A stretch of 64,000 nucleotides of DNA, taken from positions 1 through 64,000 of IMG/VR virus record IMGVR_UViG_3300037068_000153, one strand, 5' to 3'. Made by a program: the position numbers and the translations under genes. Below are positions 38,853 to 50,122 of the stretch, in pieces. The notes under the pieces are model-generated. The model had not been told where the DNA came from and searched no databases. It saw nothing but the letters and a program-made list of their open reading frames with translations. This DNA is from a virus. Each line of letters opens with the position of its first letter. Positions within the stretch are counted from its first letter, which is position 1.

Positions 38853-39010
38853 CGGCGCGTCTTCCAGCTCGCGGCCTTCTCGCAGGCGATCGAGCACTGC
38901 TGGCCGATCGTCATCGTTCCGCACTCCGTGCACGGTTGGCGCGGGCACCTACAGTCTGAGGTGAGCCCACCCATCCGCGGCGTCAGACACTGCGGTCTAT
39001 GTCGCTTCAT
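38849..39010 (-). CDS. small Cys-rich protein
   Basis: GGAGG RBS, ATGA overlaps. Confidence 0.45.
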   Translation of the reverse strand: MKRHRPQCLTPRMGGLTSDCRCPRQPCTECGTMTIGQQCSIACEKAASWKTRR

Positions 39011-40488
39011 CGTCCGACCTCCACATATCTCGGCAGAGGATTCGCCGCCAACTCGCTCGCGACACCTCGGAACATCGCTTCCCACTCGGCGGCGCGCGAC
39101 CGCCAGCTCAGGTCGGCGAGCGCGTCCACGCGCGCGGGCTCCGCGATCGAGCGCCGCCACGCGTCGTCAGTCAGCGCGCGGACGCACAGCTCGACGAACT
39201 CCTGTGGGCTGCCTGCGAGCGCACCGTGCTTCACGGTCTCGGCAAGGGCGGCGATGCCCGAGTGCACCGCGACGCAGCCGGCGGCCTGCGCCTCCATCGC
39301 GCTGATGCACGACGTCTCCGTGAACTGCGTCCAGTGCGGCCAGACCTTGGCGCGCAAGAACGCGTCGGCGAGCTCGCGCTGGTTGACCCGCCCGTGCAGG
39401 TGGATGCCCGAGCCCGGGTGCGCGCGCTCGGTCAAAAATTTCTTGAACGCCTCGATCTGCGCTAGCTCGTCAGTGGCACCGCGGGCGCGCGCGAATGCCT
39501 CCCAGCAGTCGAAGCCGTAGTAAACGTGCAGCTCCGCGTCGGGCACTCGCGCGCGGATGAAGGGGAAGTTATGCACCAGCGTGTCGAGCCCGCGGTTGGG
39601 CGACGACGAGAAAACGAGGTGATTTTTCTTGTACGGACCGTCGGTAAGGTCGAGACCAAATCGCTCCGGGTTGATGCCGTTGCGCGTGACGAGCACGCGG
39701 TCGGGGTCGAGGCCCGGGTAGGTCGAAACGAAGTGGTCCTTGTGCCAGCGGCTGAGGCACAGGATGCGGTCGAAGCGCATGATCCAGCGCTGCATCTGTG
39801 GCGAGTCGGGGCCGACGTTGACGTCGTGCACCCATAGAAGCTTGACCCGCGCCTGTACGTCTCCGGGGCGCTCCATGATGGCGGCCTGGCGCGAGGAAAT
39901 GAAAATGTCGCACTCGATGGGCGCGCGGGCGTTTTGCCACTGCACATAGCAGACGCCATCGAAGATGTTGCCGTGGCCACCGGGCAGCTCGCCAAACACC
40001 GTTACGTCGTGCCCGAGCGCCGCCAGCTCGCGCGCCATCTCGATGCACGCCGTCTCGCTGCCGCCGATGCCGCGCGTCTCGGGCGTGGTCGGGTCCCACG
40101 GCTCGATGGCGGGGCCGACCCAAAAGACGATTCGCTGCTTGCTCGCGTGATAGAAGAGCGCTGTCGTCTCCCCCTCGTTCGTAGTCTCGAATGTGCCGGA
40201 CACGCTGGCCGGACGCTTCGCGTCGTCTAGCTGGATTCTCAGCCCAGATGACTTGAGCCAGCCGTCATCGCGTTCGCCGTGTTTGGCCGTCGCCAACGCC
40301 ATTCGGTTGACGATAGCGTCGTTGCGGATGGACTTCGGCATCGCGTCGAGGAACTTGAGCGCTCGCGCGTTGTTCTTGTCGACGTGCACCAACTGCTTCC
40401 ACAGCTGCATGGCGTAGATGACGTAGGCGTCGGGGTTCTGCTGCACCGGCGGCGCGTCGAGGTCCTCGAACTTGGTGAACTCCACCAT
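39007..40488 (-). CDS. GT4 glycosyltransferase, probably the C-terminal part of a frameshifted GT2-TPR-GT4 fusion
   Basis: GIGGSET, LWVHD, SSSPNRGL, ETSCISAMEAQAAG. Confidence 0.88.
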   Translation of the reverse strand: MVEFTKFEDLDAPPVQQNPDAYVIYAMQLWKQLVHVDKNNARALKFLDAMPKSIRNDAIVNRMALATAKHGERDDGWLKSSGLRIQLDDAKRPASVSGTFETTNEGETTALFYHASKQRIVFWVGPAIEPWDPTTPETRGIGGSETACIEMARELAALGHDVTVFGELPGGHGNIFDGVCYVQWQNARAPIECDIFISSRQAAIMERPGDVQARVKLLWVHDVNVGPDSPQMQRWIMRFDRILCLSRWHKDHFVSTYPGLDPDRVLVTRNGINPERFGLDLTDGPYKKNHLVFSSSPNRGLDTLVHNFPFIRARVPDAELHVYYGFDCWEAFARARGATDELAQIEAFKKFLTERAHPGSGIHLHGRVNQRELADAFLRAKVWPHWTQFTETSCISAMEAQAAGCVAVHSGIAALAETVKHGALAGSPQEFVELCVRALTDDAWRRSIAEPARVDALADLSWRSRAAEWEAMFRGVASELAANPLPRYVEVGR

Positions 40489-41740
40489 CGGCTTCGACTG
40501 CGCAGGTGGGGGCGCTGCGCCGCGCCAGCTCGGCCTCATAGCTGGCGAGGTTGTACTTGAGCATGCCCGGCGCGCCGCCGGCGACGCCCGGGTCGTCCGG
40601 GCAGGCCGCGAGCCCCGCCTTGCACGACGCGATCGCCTCCTCGAGCCGGCCCATGAGCGCCAGCGCATGGTTGAGATAGATGTGCGGCCGATACGTGCGG
40701 TCGAGCGGGTTGGCGCCCAGCATCGAGTCGGTATTGCCGATCTTCATCGCCCGCTCGGTATACGCGACGCAGTCGGGGTGCCGGCCGCGCAGGTAGGCGA
40801 TCCGCGCCAGCCCGAAGAGGCCGTCGGGGTTGTCGGGCATCTCCATCGCCGCCGTCGCGTACTCACGGTTGGCCCGATTGTACGAGTCCTCGGGCGCGCC
40901 GCCGAGCTGACCGAATTCCAGCATGGAGCCCAGTGCCACGTGCGCCGCCGCCCTCTCCTCGCACCAGCCCGAGCGCTTGAGGTAGTCCTCGTAGAACTCG
41001 GCGCTCTTGTGCGGTTCGACCCAGCGCGCTTCCTGCCCGAGGTAGAAGAGAGTGCGCGGATCGACCACGGCGCCGTTGGCGCGGTCGGCCGCCAGCTGGC
41101 GCAGGAGGATCTTGTAGTTGCGGTTGGGGACCGTCTTGCGGTCGGCCTTGCGTCGGTGGATGTTGGTGATGCCCTCGTAGCGCCACGATTGCACGAAGCG
41201 CGTCGGCATGAGCACTTCATGCACAGGGTTGACCCATACCGCCGCACCGGCGCGTACGACGCGCTCGCGCCACTGGCGATAGAAAGTACGCCCCTTGTCG
41301 TCGCGCGCGTAGTCGTAAGCCAGGAAGCCGAGGTCCAGGTTGCGCGCGCGCATGTCGGCGACGACCTGGCGCAGCTTGTCCGCCCCCTCGACCACGTCGT
41401 CGGAGTCCATCCAGTAGATGAACTCGCCGCGCGCCATCGAGAAGGACTTGCGGCGGGCGGCGCCGAAGTCGCCCAGCATGATCTCGCCGGTGTAGGGCGC
41501 CGGCGCCCCGAACGCGCCGCACGTCGCCTCGTCGTCGCGGAAGAACGCCTCGGGGTTGGTCTCGGGCGTGAAGAGCCCGACGCGCGCGCCATGGCGCTCC
41601 GCCACCGCGGTCGTGGCGTCGGTCGAGCCCGTGTCGACCACCACGATCTCGTCGGCGCAGTCGCGCACGGAGGTGAGCGCGGCGTCGAGGTTCTGCTCCT
41701 CGTCCTTCGCGATGAGGCAGATGGAGAGCTCGACCGTCAT
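40265..41740 (-). CDS. GT2 glycosyltransferase with TPR repeats
   Basis: LSICLIAKDEE, EIVVVDTGSTD, DFGAAR, WMDSDD, PVHE, DPRTLFYLG, TPR-like helices. Confidence 0.9.
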   Translation of the reverse strand: MTVELSICLIAKDEEQNLDAALTSVRDCADEIVVVDTGSTDATTAVAERHGARVGLFTPETNPEAFFRDDEATCGAFGAPAPYTGEIMLGDFGAARRKSFSMARGEFIYWMDSDDVVEGADKLRQVVADMRARNLDLGFLAYDYARDDKGRTFYRQWRERVVRAGAAVWVNPVHEVLMPTRFVQSWRYEGITNIHRRKADRKTVPNRNYKILLRQLAADRANGAVVDPRTLFYLGQEARWVEPHKSAEFYEDYLKRSGWCEERAAAHVALGSMLEFGQLGGAPEDSYNRANREYATAAMEMPDNPDGLFGLARIAYLRGRHPDCVAYTERAMKIGNTDSMLGANPLDRTYRPHIYLNHALALMGRLEEAIASCKAGLAACPDDPGVAGGAPGMLKYNLASYEAELARRSAPTCAVEADGGVHQVRGPRRAAGAAEPRRLRHLRHAAVEAVGARRQEQRASAQVPRRDAEVHPQRRYRQPNGVGDGQTRRTR

Positions 41741-41997
41741 TTCTTCTCCGATTTTTTCAGGTGCGCGTTGATGGCCTGGCGGATCCAGTCCGAGGGCTTC
41801 TTGTCGACGCGTAGCGCCGCGCGTCGCAACCGTCCCCATGTCTCAGGATCGACGCGGAAGGTGCACCACTTCGATTTCGTTAGCGGTTCGAAACCGTCAT
41901 CGAAATCACCGATGTCATCTTGCCCTTTGATACTGAAACTGGCGCTTGGTGTATCGCCAGGATCAAATATTTCTTCGCTGATGCGCTTGCGGGGCAT
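41737..41997 (-). CDS. ribbon-helix-helix (Arc/CopG-like) regulator
   Basis: WCTFRVDPETWGRLRRAA..KKPSDWIRQAI. Confidence 0.75.
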   Translation of the reverse strand: MPRKRISEEIFDPGDTPSASFSIKGQDDIGDFDDGFEPLTKSKWCTFRVDPETWGRLRRAALRVDKKPSDWIRQAINAHLKKSEKK

Positions 41998-42014
41998 GTG
42001 TCACGATGTGACAC
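41998..42014. promoter_or_regulatory. perfect 7-3-7 inverted repeat GTGTCAC-GAT-GTGACAC, putative RHH operator
   Basis: Abuts the RHH start codon; TTGCGC on the minus strand at 42034-42029. Confidence 0.7.
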
Positions 42015-42045
42015 CGCGTGGAGAAATTGCGCAAGGGGTTTCTCT

Positions 42046-43677
42046 CTAGAGCGTGAGCCAGTTGCATAGCTGCGTCGACCCGCCGCGCGCCATGAACCCG
42101 CGAGAGCCGAACGCGCTGCTCAATACGTAGCCGCTGGGCGAATCGTCGACGAGACCGGAGACGCCGCGGACGAGCACGGGGTAGCTGGCGCCCACGCCGC
42201 CGGCGCCGTCTTTGACCAGATGCACGGCCCCCGTAGGCGTACCGCTGGCGCCTAAGAAAACGCTGAGGGATGCGCCGGTGCTCATGATGATGATCGCATA
42301 GTCGCCCGGGATCGCCGTGTAGTGGGTCGAGATCCAGCGCGTCTGCAGCACGGCGCCGCCGATATAGTCCATGCGCAACCCGCTCGATCCAGCGGTGTTG
42401 CCGAAATAGCCCGCCAGCCCGGTGGGACCTGTTGGACCCTGCGGCCCCGTAAATCCTGTCGCGCCGGCGGGCCCTGTAGCGCCCGTGACGCCGACCGCGC
42501 CCGTGTTGCCGCGGGGGCCGACCGCTCCCCCGGGGCCCGTGGGGCCGGTCGCGCCCGTCGCGCCGGCGGGACCCGTAGGTCCGGTGACGCCGCGAGCGCC
42601 GACCGCGCCGGCGGGACCTGTAGGGCCAGTTACGCCCGTCGCTCCGGCCGGGCCCGTAGGGCCTGTGTTACCGCGGGGGCCGACCGCTCCCCCGGGGCCC
42701 GTCGGGCCGGTCGCACCGGTGAAGCCCTGGGGACCGGTGGGTCCCGTGACACCGCGCGCTCCGGTTGGGCCCGTAGCGCCGGTGACGCCTGCGGGGCCAG
42801 TCGGCCCCGTCGCTCCGGTGACACCGGTGCTCCCTCGCGGGCCCGTCGGGCCAGTCGCGCCCGTCGCGCCGGCCGGACCCGTAGGGCCCGTCGCACCGGT
42901 GACGCCCTGCGCGCCCGTGTTGCCGCGCGGGCCCGTGGGGCCGGTCGCGCCGGTAGCTCCGGCCGGGCCTGTCGGACCGGTCGCGCCCTGCAGACCCGTG
43001 ACGCCCGTAGCACCGACGCCGGTCGCGCCGCGCGGGCCCGTGGGTCCAGTCGCGCCGGCGCCGCCGTGCTGCCCGATATAGGCCCAGCCCGTCGCCACCT
43101 GAAGCAGGCTGGCGTTGATTGGGCTGTGCGTGACCCCCTGCACCGTGGCGCGGAAGGTCGAAACGGCGGTGGCGCCGAACGTGGGGTCGTTCGCCTGCAC
43201 GGCGTCGTTGAGGTTGTAGCCGCTCGTGCCGCCCGACCAGAAGCCAGGCAGCCAATGAAGGCCGAACACGACCGGCACGGCCGGCGGGGTGGTCACAACG
43301 TCGGTGAAGAGCGATTGCGACGTGAGGACGACGAAGGGCGAGGAGACCAGCAGCTGTTCGCGGGTGTTGTCCGCCCGCGTGAGCACGACGTCGACGAGGT
43401 ACGGCCCCGCGGGCTTCTCGACCGTGTCCGTCGAGACGACGGAGAAGATGACGTTGCCGCTGGTCGGGTCGCCGCCGACGAAGCCTGTGTACATGCGCGC
43501 GAAAAGCAGTACGCCCTGCTGGTCGCGCACCGACATGACGACGGCGAGCGCGCCGGTCATGTCGACCGCTGTGCTGTCGACGAAGGCCAGGTGGAAGTCG
43601 CGGTCCTCCCCCTGCGCGACCTCGAGCTCTTGCGCAGTGCCGACGCTGATGGTGAGTCCGGTTACACGTGCGGCCAT
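42046..43677 (-). CDS. second collagen-like virion fibre with BppU-like N-terminus
   Basis: [13 protein letters not shown]-terminus; (GAT/GPT/GVT)n tract; C-terminal globular domain. Confidence 0.85.
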   Translation of the reverse strand: MAARVTGLTISVGTAQELEVAQGEDRDFHLAFVDSTAVDMTGALAVVMSVRDQQGVLLFARMYTGFVGGDPTSGNVIFSVVSTDTVEKPAGPYLVDVVLTRADNTREQLLVSSPFVVLTSQSLFTDVVTTPPAVPVVFGLHWLPGFWSGGTSGYNLNDAVQANDPTFGATAVSTFRATVQGVTHSPINASLLQVATGWAYIGQHGGAGATGPTGPRGATGVGATGVTGLQGATGPTGPAGATGATGPTGPRGNTGAQGVTGATGPTGPAGATGATGPTGPRGSTGVTGATGPTGPAGVTGATGPTGARGVTGPTGPQGFTGATGPTGPGGAVGPRGNTGPTGPAGATGVTGPTGPAGAVGARGVTGPTGPAGATGATGPTGPGGAVGPRGNTGAVGVTGATGPAGATGFTGPQGPTGPTGLAGYFGNTAGSSGLRMDYIGGAVLQTRWISTHYTAIPGDYAIIIMSTGASLSVFLGASGTPTGAVHLVKDGAGGVGASYPVLVRGVSGLVDDSPSGYVLSSAFGSRGFMARGGSTQLCNWLTL

Positions 43678-43689
43678 GCGGCGAGTCTA

Positions 43690-44301
43690 CTACAGCAGCC
43701 CTGCGGTGACGAGCGCGGCCCGGTCGTTGGCGCCCATGACATCGAGACGGCCAGCATTATTCGGGTGCGTATCGTCGCCGCTGTCATACTCGGGTTTGAG
43801 GTTGTCGGTCCCGTCGTTGAGCTGCGTATGTTCGACGCGCGCAACGATATTAGACCCGGTCACACCTGTACCGCGGATGGCCGCGTTGACCGTCAGCCAT
43901 GTGGCATATAATCCTGGGCCCACGCCATCGAAGGCTCGCCTAGCGGGGGTGATGACGCTAAGGATAATCTTGGCGGTCGGATTATTACTATTAATATCGG
44001 CGATCAAAGTATTGTATTTCCCGATAATCGTAGCGGCATCCTCCATCGCGATGATGATGTTGTTGAAGCCGGGCTCGCAGATGACCCATTTGAGATTGGG
44101 ATTACCCTTCACGACGGAGGCGTTATAGAAACCTATATTATCGTCGATGGTACGGAACGGCTGTGCCAGCGAGAGGATGCCCGGACGAGTGCGAGCCTCG
44201 GCCGCGGTATAGATACAGCTGCCGAGCATCAAATATAATCCGTTGTAGTTGGCGGCGATGGAGTCGCCGAGAATCAATCCTTCGACGTCCTTGAAGCTCA
44301 T
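43690..44301 (-). CDS. SGNH/GDSL hydrolase (esterase/acetylesterase)
   Basis: LGDSI, G.NN, D.THPN..G. Confidence 0.85.
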   Translation of the reverse strand: MSFKDVEGLILGDSIAANYNGLYLMLGSCIYTAAEARTRPGILSLAQPFRTIDDNIGFYNASVVKGNPNLKWVICEPGFNNIIIAMEDAATIIGKYNTLIADINSNNPTAKIILSVITPARRAFDGVGPGLYATWLTVNAAIRGTGVTGSNIVARVEHTQLNDGTDNLKPEYDSGDDTHPNNAGRLDVMGANDRAALVTAGLL

Positions 44302-45485
44302 CGCGCCTCCAGCCGCTGCCAGCGCCGCGGCATGATGGACGAGGATGCGCCGAGATTGGAACCGATCCACGCCTGCGACGGCGTCTCGATCTGCTTGGAG
44401 CCCGCTGCCCCCGTCACCATCTGGGCGCAGCCGTTATATGAGGCCAGCAGCGCGGCGGTCAGCGTCGACGGCTGATAAACCATACGCGCGTCGATGACCG
44501 TGCCCCCGGGGAACGAATCCAGACTGACGGACAAAAGATCGGCGCCCGCCGCCACCAGCACAAACGTGCCGGCGGTGGCGTTGAAGGTCACGTCGTAGCG
44601 CATCCCGAATAGCCCCGCGGGGGTATACATCGAGAATATCCAACCGCCATTTTGGGTGCCGGCGTTCGAGGTCGCCGGATTGTCTAGATAGTCGGCCAAG
44701 AAGCGCACGGTGATGTCGATGTCGCCGTTGTTGATGAGCGCGGGAAGAGCGGATCGCGCGATCTGCAGCGTGCAATCTCCGGTGGTACCGTCGACGAGCG
44801 GTAGATCGGAGAAGCCCAGCACCTGAGAGTCTCCCCAGACATCGATCCCGCCCGTCGCGCTCGGAGTCTGCCCCAGCCCATCCGCCTCGATGTTGAGCCC
44901 CGCGGCGACGTGCTTGTGCTGCACCCCCGGCGCCGATATTCCGCGACCCGCGCTGACGCGTCGCCAGCCTATATCAGAGGTCGAATAATTGACGCCGATG
45001 GTCGCGCCGCCCAGATCGAGAGCACCATGCGCGGTGGGCTGATTCGGCGACGGCGAAGCCTTCTCCCATGCTGAATCGATGCAGTTGACGCTGTCGCCGG
45101 GGTTGAAGGTCAACTCCGACGGGAAAGTGGCGTCGGCGTCGACGAACCTGTCGGCCGCCGGGCCCCCGCTGGCCGGGCCCGCCACCGCGGCCAGCGTCAA
45201 CGTGTTCGTTCCCGTTTTCGTCCAGCTCACGTCGCTATGATCGAACGGCTTGGTGACGCGATTTGAATAGCCGGGGAATGTCCACCACCCGCCACCCTCG
45301 GGGCCGCCGTGGTCTTCGAAAACGGGGCCCGACGATACAGCGATGGCAGTGCTGGCACTCCGCGCGGCGTACACCGTCGAGCCCGACCGCGAGGCTACGA
45401 CCTCGAACGGGAGCACCGGCGTGCTCAGATCGAGGACGAGCTTCCGCGTCCCTTTGTATCTGCGACCCGCATTGACGCCGTGCAT
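44298..45485 (-). CDS. putative tail/head fibre or receptor-binding protein
   Basis: Beta-rich G/S/T composition; position among fibre genes. Confidence 0.6.
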   Translation of the reverse strand: MHGVNAGRRYKGTRKLVLDLSTPVLPFEVVASRSGSTVYAARSASTAIAVSSGPVFEDHGGPEGGGWWTFPGYSNRVTKPFDHSDVSWTKTGTNTLTLAAVAGPASGGPAADRFVDADATFPSELTFNPGDSVNCIDSAWEKASPSPNQPTAHGALDLGGATIGVNYSTSDIGWRRVSAGRGISAPGVQHKHVAAGLNIEADGLGQTPSATGGIDVWGDSQVLGFSDLPLVDGTTGDCTLQIARSALPALINNGDIDITVRFLADYLDNPATSNAGTQNGGWIFSMYTPAGLFGMRYDVTFNATAGTFVLVAAGADLLSVSLDSFPGGTVIDARMVYQPSTLTAALLASYNGCAQMVTGAAGSKQIETPSQAWIGSNLGASSSIMPRRWQRLEAR

Positions 45486-45486
45486 T

Positions 45487-46584
45487 TTAGTGCGCGAACC
45501 ACGCGCTGGAGTGGTCGCAGTAGAGGGTCTTGGATCCATAAACGGCGGCGATCGTGGCCGTCGCTGCGCCATTGATCGTGTCGCCGCCGTTGGCGTTGAT
45601 CGTGATGGTGCCCGATGAGTTGCCCACGTCCTGCACGATGATCTCCTGCCCGACTTTGATGCACGTCGATGCGGCGGGCAGGTTCACGGTGCGCGATCCC
45701 GTCCCGCTCACGCCGATGAAGTGGTCGGTGATCGCCGCGGTGATGACCGAGGACGCTGTGCGGTAGTTCGTGGCGAAGCCGCCGAAACCCTGTATCCCGT
45801 TGGCGTCGAATTGGGCGAATTGCGCACCGAAGCTGCTATTGAATATCTGAAAAACATCGCCGCCGGACGCGAGCTGCAAGACTGATCCGGCGATCCATTT
45901 CGTGAGCGTCGCGGCGACCGTATTATGAAACTCCAACACGTCGGGAGATCCGTTGACGTTGCTGGTGATCACCACGCGATGGTTGTCGCCAGAATCGGTG
46001 GGCACGATCGCGAATCGCGCCGTACCGCTCGAATTTTGCGTCTCGAAGAGGTCCCCCGACTGCGACGGCGAGTTGGCTTTGACGTAGAGCCCCTTGTTGG
46101 CGTCGGCCCCACACAAAAGCCCGAGAGGGCCGCCGCTCACCGTCTCGGTTATGGTGCCCCCGCTGGAGCCCCCAGCCGTGTACGCGCTCTGGAGAGTCCC
46201 GGTGATCGTGCAGTCGGTGCGACTCGACCCTGAGTTGTCGGCGCAGGCGACGCCGGCGCCGGTAAAATTAAGGGTCGATCGCTGCGTCAAGCTCGATCCC
46301 TCGTCCGCCAGCGTGGTATAGGCTGCGCCGCTGCCCGTGCTCACCTGCGAGTCGACGTTGGTCGCGCTCGTATACATATAAGCCCCGTCGGAGCACCGCA
46401 CCCAGCTGCGCGCGCGGCCGACGGGAATGGGTGCGGAGGTCTGGCAGATGTAGCGCACGCCAGCGCCGACCGAGACGGCGCTGTTGTCGGGGTTGGCGGT
46501 GGCGCCCGCGGGGCGCGAGACGCCCCAGTTGACGGCCAGCATCGCCAGTGCGATCGAGACAGCGATAGTCAGATAGTTCCGCAT
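45487..46584 (-). CDS. fibre-related protein with an N-terminal signal peptide
   Basis: MRNYLTIAVSIALAMLAV..AGA; RSTLNFTGAGV; LQSAY; C-terminal LPAA..GQ..D..ING domain. Confidence 0.75.
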   Translation of the reverse strand: MRNYLTIAVSIALAMLAVNWGVSRPAGATANPDNSAVSVGAGVRYICQTSAPIPVGRARSWVRCSDGAYMYTSATNVDSQVSTGSGAAYTTLADEGSSLTQRSTLNFTGAGVACADNSGSSRTDCTITGTLQSAYTAGGSSGGTITETVSGGPLGLLCGADANKGLYVKANSPSQSGDLFETQNSSGTARFAIVPTDSGDNHRVVITSNVNGSPDVLEFHNTVAATLTKWIAGSVLQLASGGDVFQIFNSSFGAQFAQFDANGIQGFGGFATNYRTASSVITAAITDHFIGVSGTGSRTVNLPAASTCIKVGQEIIVQDVGNSSGTITINANGGDTINGAATATIAAVYGSKTLYCDHSSAWFAH

Positions 46585-46607
46585 GACCGGATTCTACCTC
46601 AATCGAT

Positions 46608-47687
<1,080 letters not shown>

Positions 47688-47696
47688 GTCCCTAGA

Positions 47697-48263
47697 CTAC
47701 ACCGACAGCGCGCCGGTGAACACTCCGACGTCCAGCCCCGGGCCAGTGTCAAGAGTGAAAAGCGCGTTGGTGGGAGACTCCTGCCAGATCACATTGGCGC
47801 GTGCGCCCGCCTCCTTGGCTTTCTGCAAGAACTGCTGCGCCACCAGCGCCTGCGCGCGCGTCAGCATCTGTCCGACGCGAATGTAGAAGCTCTTGACCCC
47901 GCCCGATCGCAGGACGAAGGTCGAGCTCGGGAACAGCGCCGTGAAGACGCGGTAGATGTCCTCGCCGCGCCCGCGCGACTTGCGCGCCACGATCGCCGCG
48001 CGCAGGTAGAGGCGGTAGGTCACATCGTCGACGCCTCCGCGCGGCTGGCCGAGCACGCGGCCGAGCGCGTCGAGCTGCGCGCCGGCGCTGTCGTCGATGT
48101 TGGTGATGGTCAAGATCGACTGGTACGCGTCCTCGAGATCTTGAAACTGGCGGGCCACCATGTCGACCCACGCCTGGATCTTGGGCTTGCCCCTGAACTG
48201 CCAGTAAATGAGCGCGCGCAGCCGCGCCTGCCAATCGCTGACGTAGTCGATGGTCAGCGGCAC
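47697..48263 (-). CDS. baseplate wedge protein (DUF2612-like)
   Basis: GAQLDALGRVLG.PR..DD..YR. Confidence 0.85.
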   Translation of the reverse strand: MPLTIDYVSDWQARLRALIYWQFRGKPKIQAWVDMVARQFQDLEDAYQSILTITNIDDSAGAQLDALGRVLGQPRGGVDDVTYRLYLRAAIVARKSRGRGEDIYRVFTALFPSSTFVLRSGGVKSFYIRVGQMLTRAQALVAQQFLQKAKEAGARANVIWQESPTNALFTLDTGPGLDVGVFTGALSV

Positions 48264-48264
48264 G

Positions 48265-49734
48265 CTACGGCGTCTCCGCGATGGCGGTGATCGTGCAGCG
48301 AGAGCTGTCGAAGGTGGCGATCTGCCGGACCGAGATCGCGACCGTCGTCGAGCTCGCGGGGCCTGGCGTCGTCCCGATCAGCATCGTCGGCACCTCGAGC
48401 AGCCCAGGCGCCGCCGTCGAGCCGTCCGGCGCGGGCACGATGGCGTTGCCGTCGGCGTCAGTGGCTGACGGCTTGAACAGGATCGCGCCGGCGAGCGCCG
48501 ACGAGCGAACGTCGACGCCGATAGCGCTCGCGTCGCCGTAGGTGAGGAGCGCCGACAGCGCCGCCTGCTGGACGAAAGCCGCGCCCGTCGGCCACTGCGC
48601 GGCGTCGTAGTTGACCGTCGCGGTCACGTAGATCGGCACAGCCACGGGGCGCGACCAGGACACGACCTGCGGGTTGCCCTGCGAGTCGGTCGCCACGCCG
48701 CTCTGGTTGCCGAACGTCGCCGTGCCCGCGCCGACCTCGTTCCACACCGCCTGGGTGATATCCTGGTCGGTGCCGTTCTGCACCAATACCTCGACGGCGT
48801 GCGGCGGGACACCGTTGGCGTCGGTGGCGTCGGTGTCGTTGAAGAACACGGCGCAGCTCGTCGGCGGTTGGTGGTTAGGGTCGGTCGAGCCCTCGTTGAC
48901 TTTGAGGATCGCAGCGCGGATGGCGTCGGCGGTGCTGCCGCCCTGCCCCGCCAACTCAGCCTCGCGGCGCGCGCGGAACGCTGGGTCGGTCTCCTTCAGC
49001 GCTCCCACGGCGGCGTCGAGCAGGTTGATGGCCCCCGACCACCCGTCGACGGGGGTGACGATGCTGGTGAGCACGCCGGCCAACGCGCCCACGGCGCCGG
49101 CGTTCACGGCGCGGAACGCCACGTCGACGGCGCCGACGCCGTCGCCTAGGTATTTCCAATGGGCCGTGTTGTCGGTGATGTTGCTCGAGGTCGTGGTCGG
49201 ACCGCCTGAGCCCGCCGACGTACCCGCGGTGATGCAGATGTAGGCACGGTTGGCGTTGGTGCGGCGGTCCCCGACCGCATAGCCGGTGCCCGATGCCCAC
49301 GCCGTCAGCGCAGCGATGGTACCTTGAGCAAACGAAGCGAAGACCGAGTTGGTGGCGTCGCTCGTTTTCGTCTGGCGCCCGACGAGCAGCACCGTCCCCG
49401 GCGTACCTGTGCAGGTCTCAGTCACGGTCGAGAACGACTGCTCCTCGCGCGTAGTGCCCGTGAGCGAGCACAGCTGGTCGAGCGCCGCGTCCGACGCCGC
49501 GTTGGGATCGAGCGAAGCGACGATGGCGCCGCCGAGGTCCCACATGGCGCCGAAGCCATCGGAGAGCGTTGTAATTTCCTGACCCGCAAGCGAGTCGAGC
49601 GGGATCGTCCCGTCGACCTCGGTGCCCGCGCTGCTGCCAAGGATGTTGAGGTAGTCGGTCTGCAGCTCGTCCACCACGACCGACAAAGGCTTGCCGACCC
49701 AGCCCTCCGCCGTGAGCCCATAAACCGTTGCCAT
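48265..49734 (-). CDS. baseplate J/gp47-like protein with an inserted CBM-like module
   Basis: YGLT..G, ETD..FRARR, GVPPHAVEV. Confidence 0.9.
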   Translation of the reverse strand: MATVYGLTAEGWVGKPLSVVVDELQTDYLNILGSSAGTEVDGTIPLDSLAGQEITTLSDGFGAMWDLGGAIVASLDPNAASDAALDQLCSLTGTTREEQSFSTVTETCTGTPGTVLLVGRQTKTSDATNSVFASFAQGTIAALTAWASGTGYAVGDRRTNANRAYICITAGTSAGSGGPTTTSSNITDNTAHWKYLGDGVGAVDVAFRAVNAGAVGALAGVLTSIVTPVDGWSGAINLLDAAVGALKETDPAFRARREAELAGQGGSTADAIRAAILKVNEGSTDPNHQPPTSCAVFFNDTDATDANGVPPHAVEVLVQNGTDQDITQAVWNEVGAGTATFGNQSGVATDSQGNPQVVSWSRPVAVPIYVTATVNYDAAQWPTGAAFVQQAALSALLTYGDASAIGVDVRSSALAGAILFKPSATDADGNAIVPAPDGSTAAPGLLEVPTMLIGTTPGPASSTTVAISVRQIATFDSSRCTITAIAETP

Positions 49735-49735
49735 C

Positions 49736-50113
49736 CTACGCGCTCACCGTGTCGGTGATGGGCGTCTGCGAGTACTTGGTGCGGATCGAGTAGGTAATGC
49801 TGGCCGAGCGCGGATCATTGGGGTCGTCACGCACGAGCTGCGCGCCGACGACCTCCGTCACGTCCGCCACACTTTGGAGCCGGACGCGGATCGCCTCGCG
49901 CACGACAACGGGATCGGGATTCTTGACGAGAACGACGCCTAGATAGTCGACGCCGAGCGATTGGTCGAGATAGATCTCGCCGAGGAAGAGCTTGACCTTG
50001 ATCTTGCACGCCTGCGCGACCGCGGCCTGCCCAGAGACGACGGTCCGGTCGCCGTTCGCCACCGCCATGTCGTCGTCAGCGTCGAGCGCAAAATCGCGGA
50101 TCGGGTCGGCCAT
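49736..50113 (-). CDS. baseplate/sheath-initiator protein (gp46/gpW-like)
   Basis: AVAQ..K.KLFLGE.YLD...GVDY. Confidence 0.8.
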   Translation of the reverse strand: MADPIRDFALDADDDMAVANGDRTVVSGQAAVAQACKIKVKLFLGEIYLDQSLGVDYLGVVLVKNPDPVVVREAIRVRLQSVADVTEVVGAQLVRDDPNDPRSASITYSIRTKYSQTPITDTVSA

Positions 50114-50122
50114 GGGCCGATT

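Noticed and set aside
43690-45485. Frameshifted fusion of the fibre gene and the SGNH gene
   Set aside because: The SGNH gene has its own GGAGG RBS and a normal ATGA overlap.
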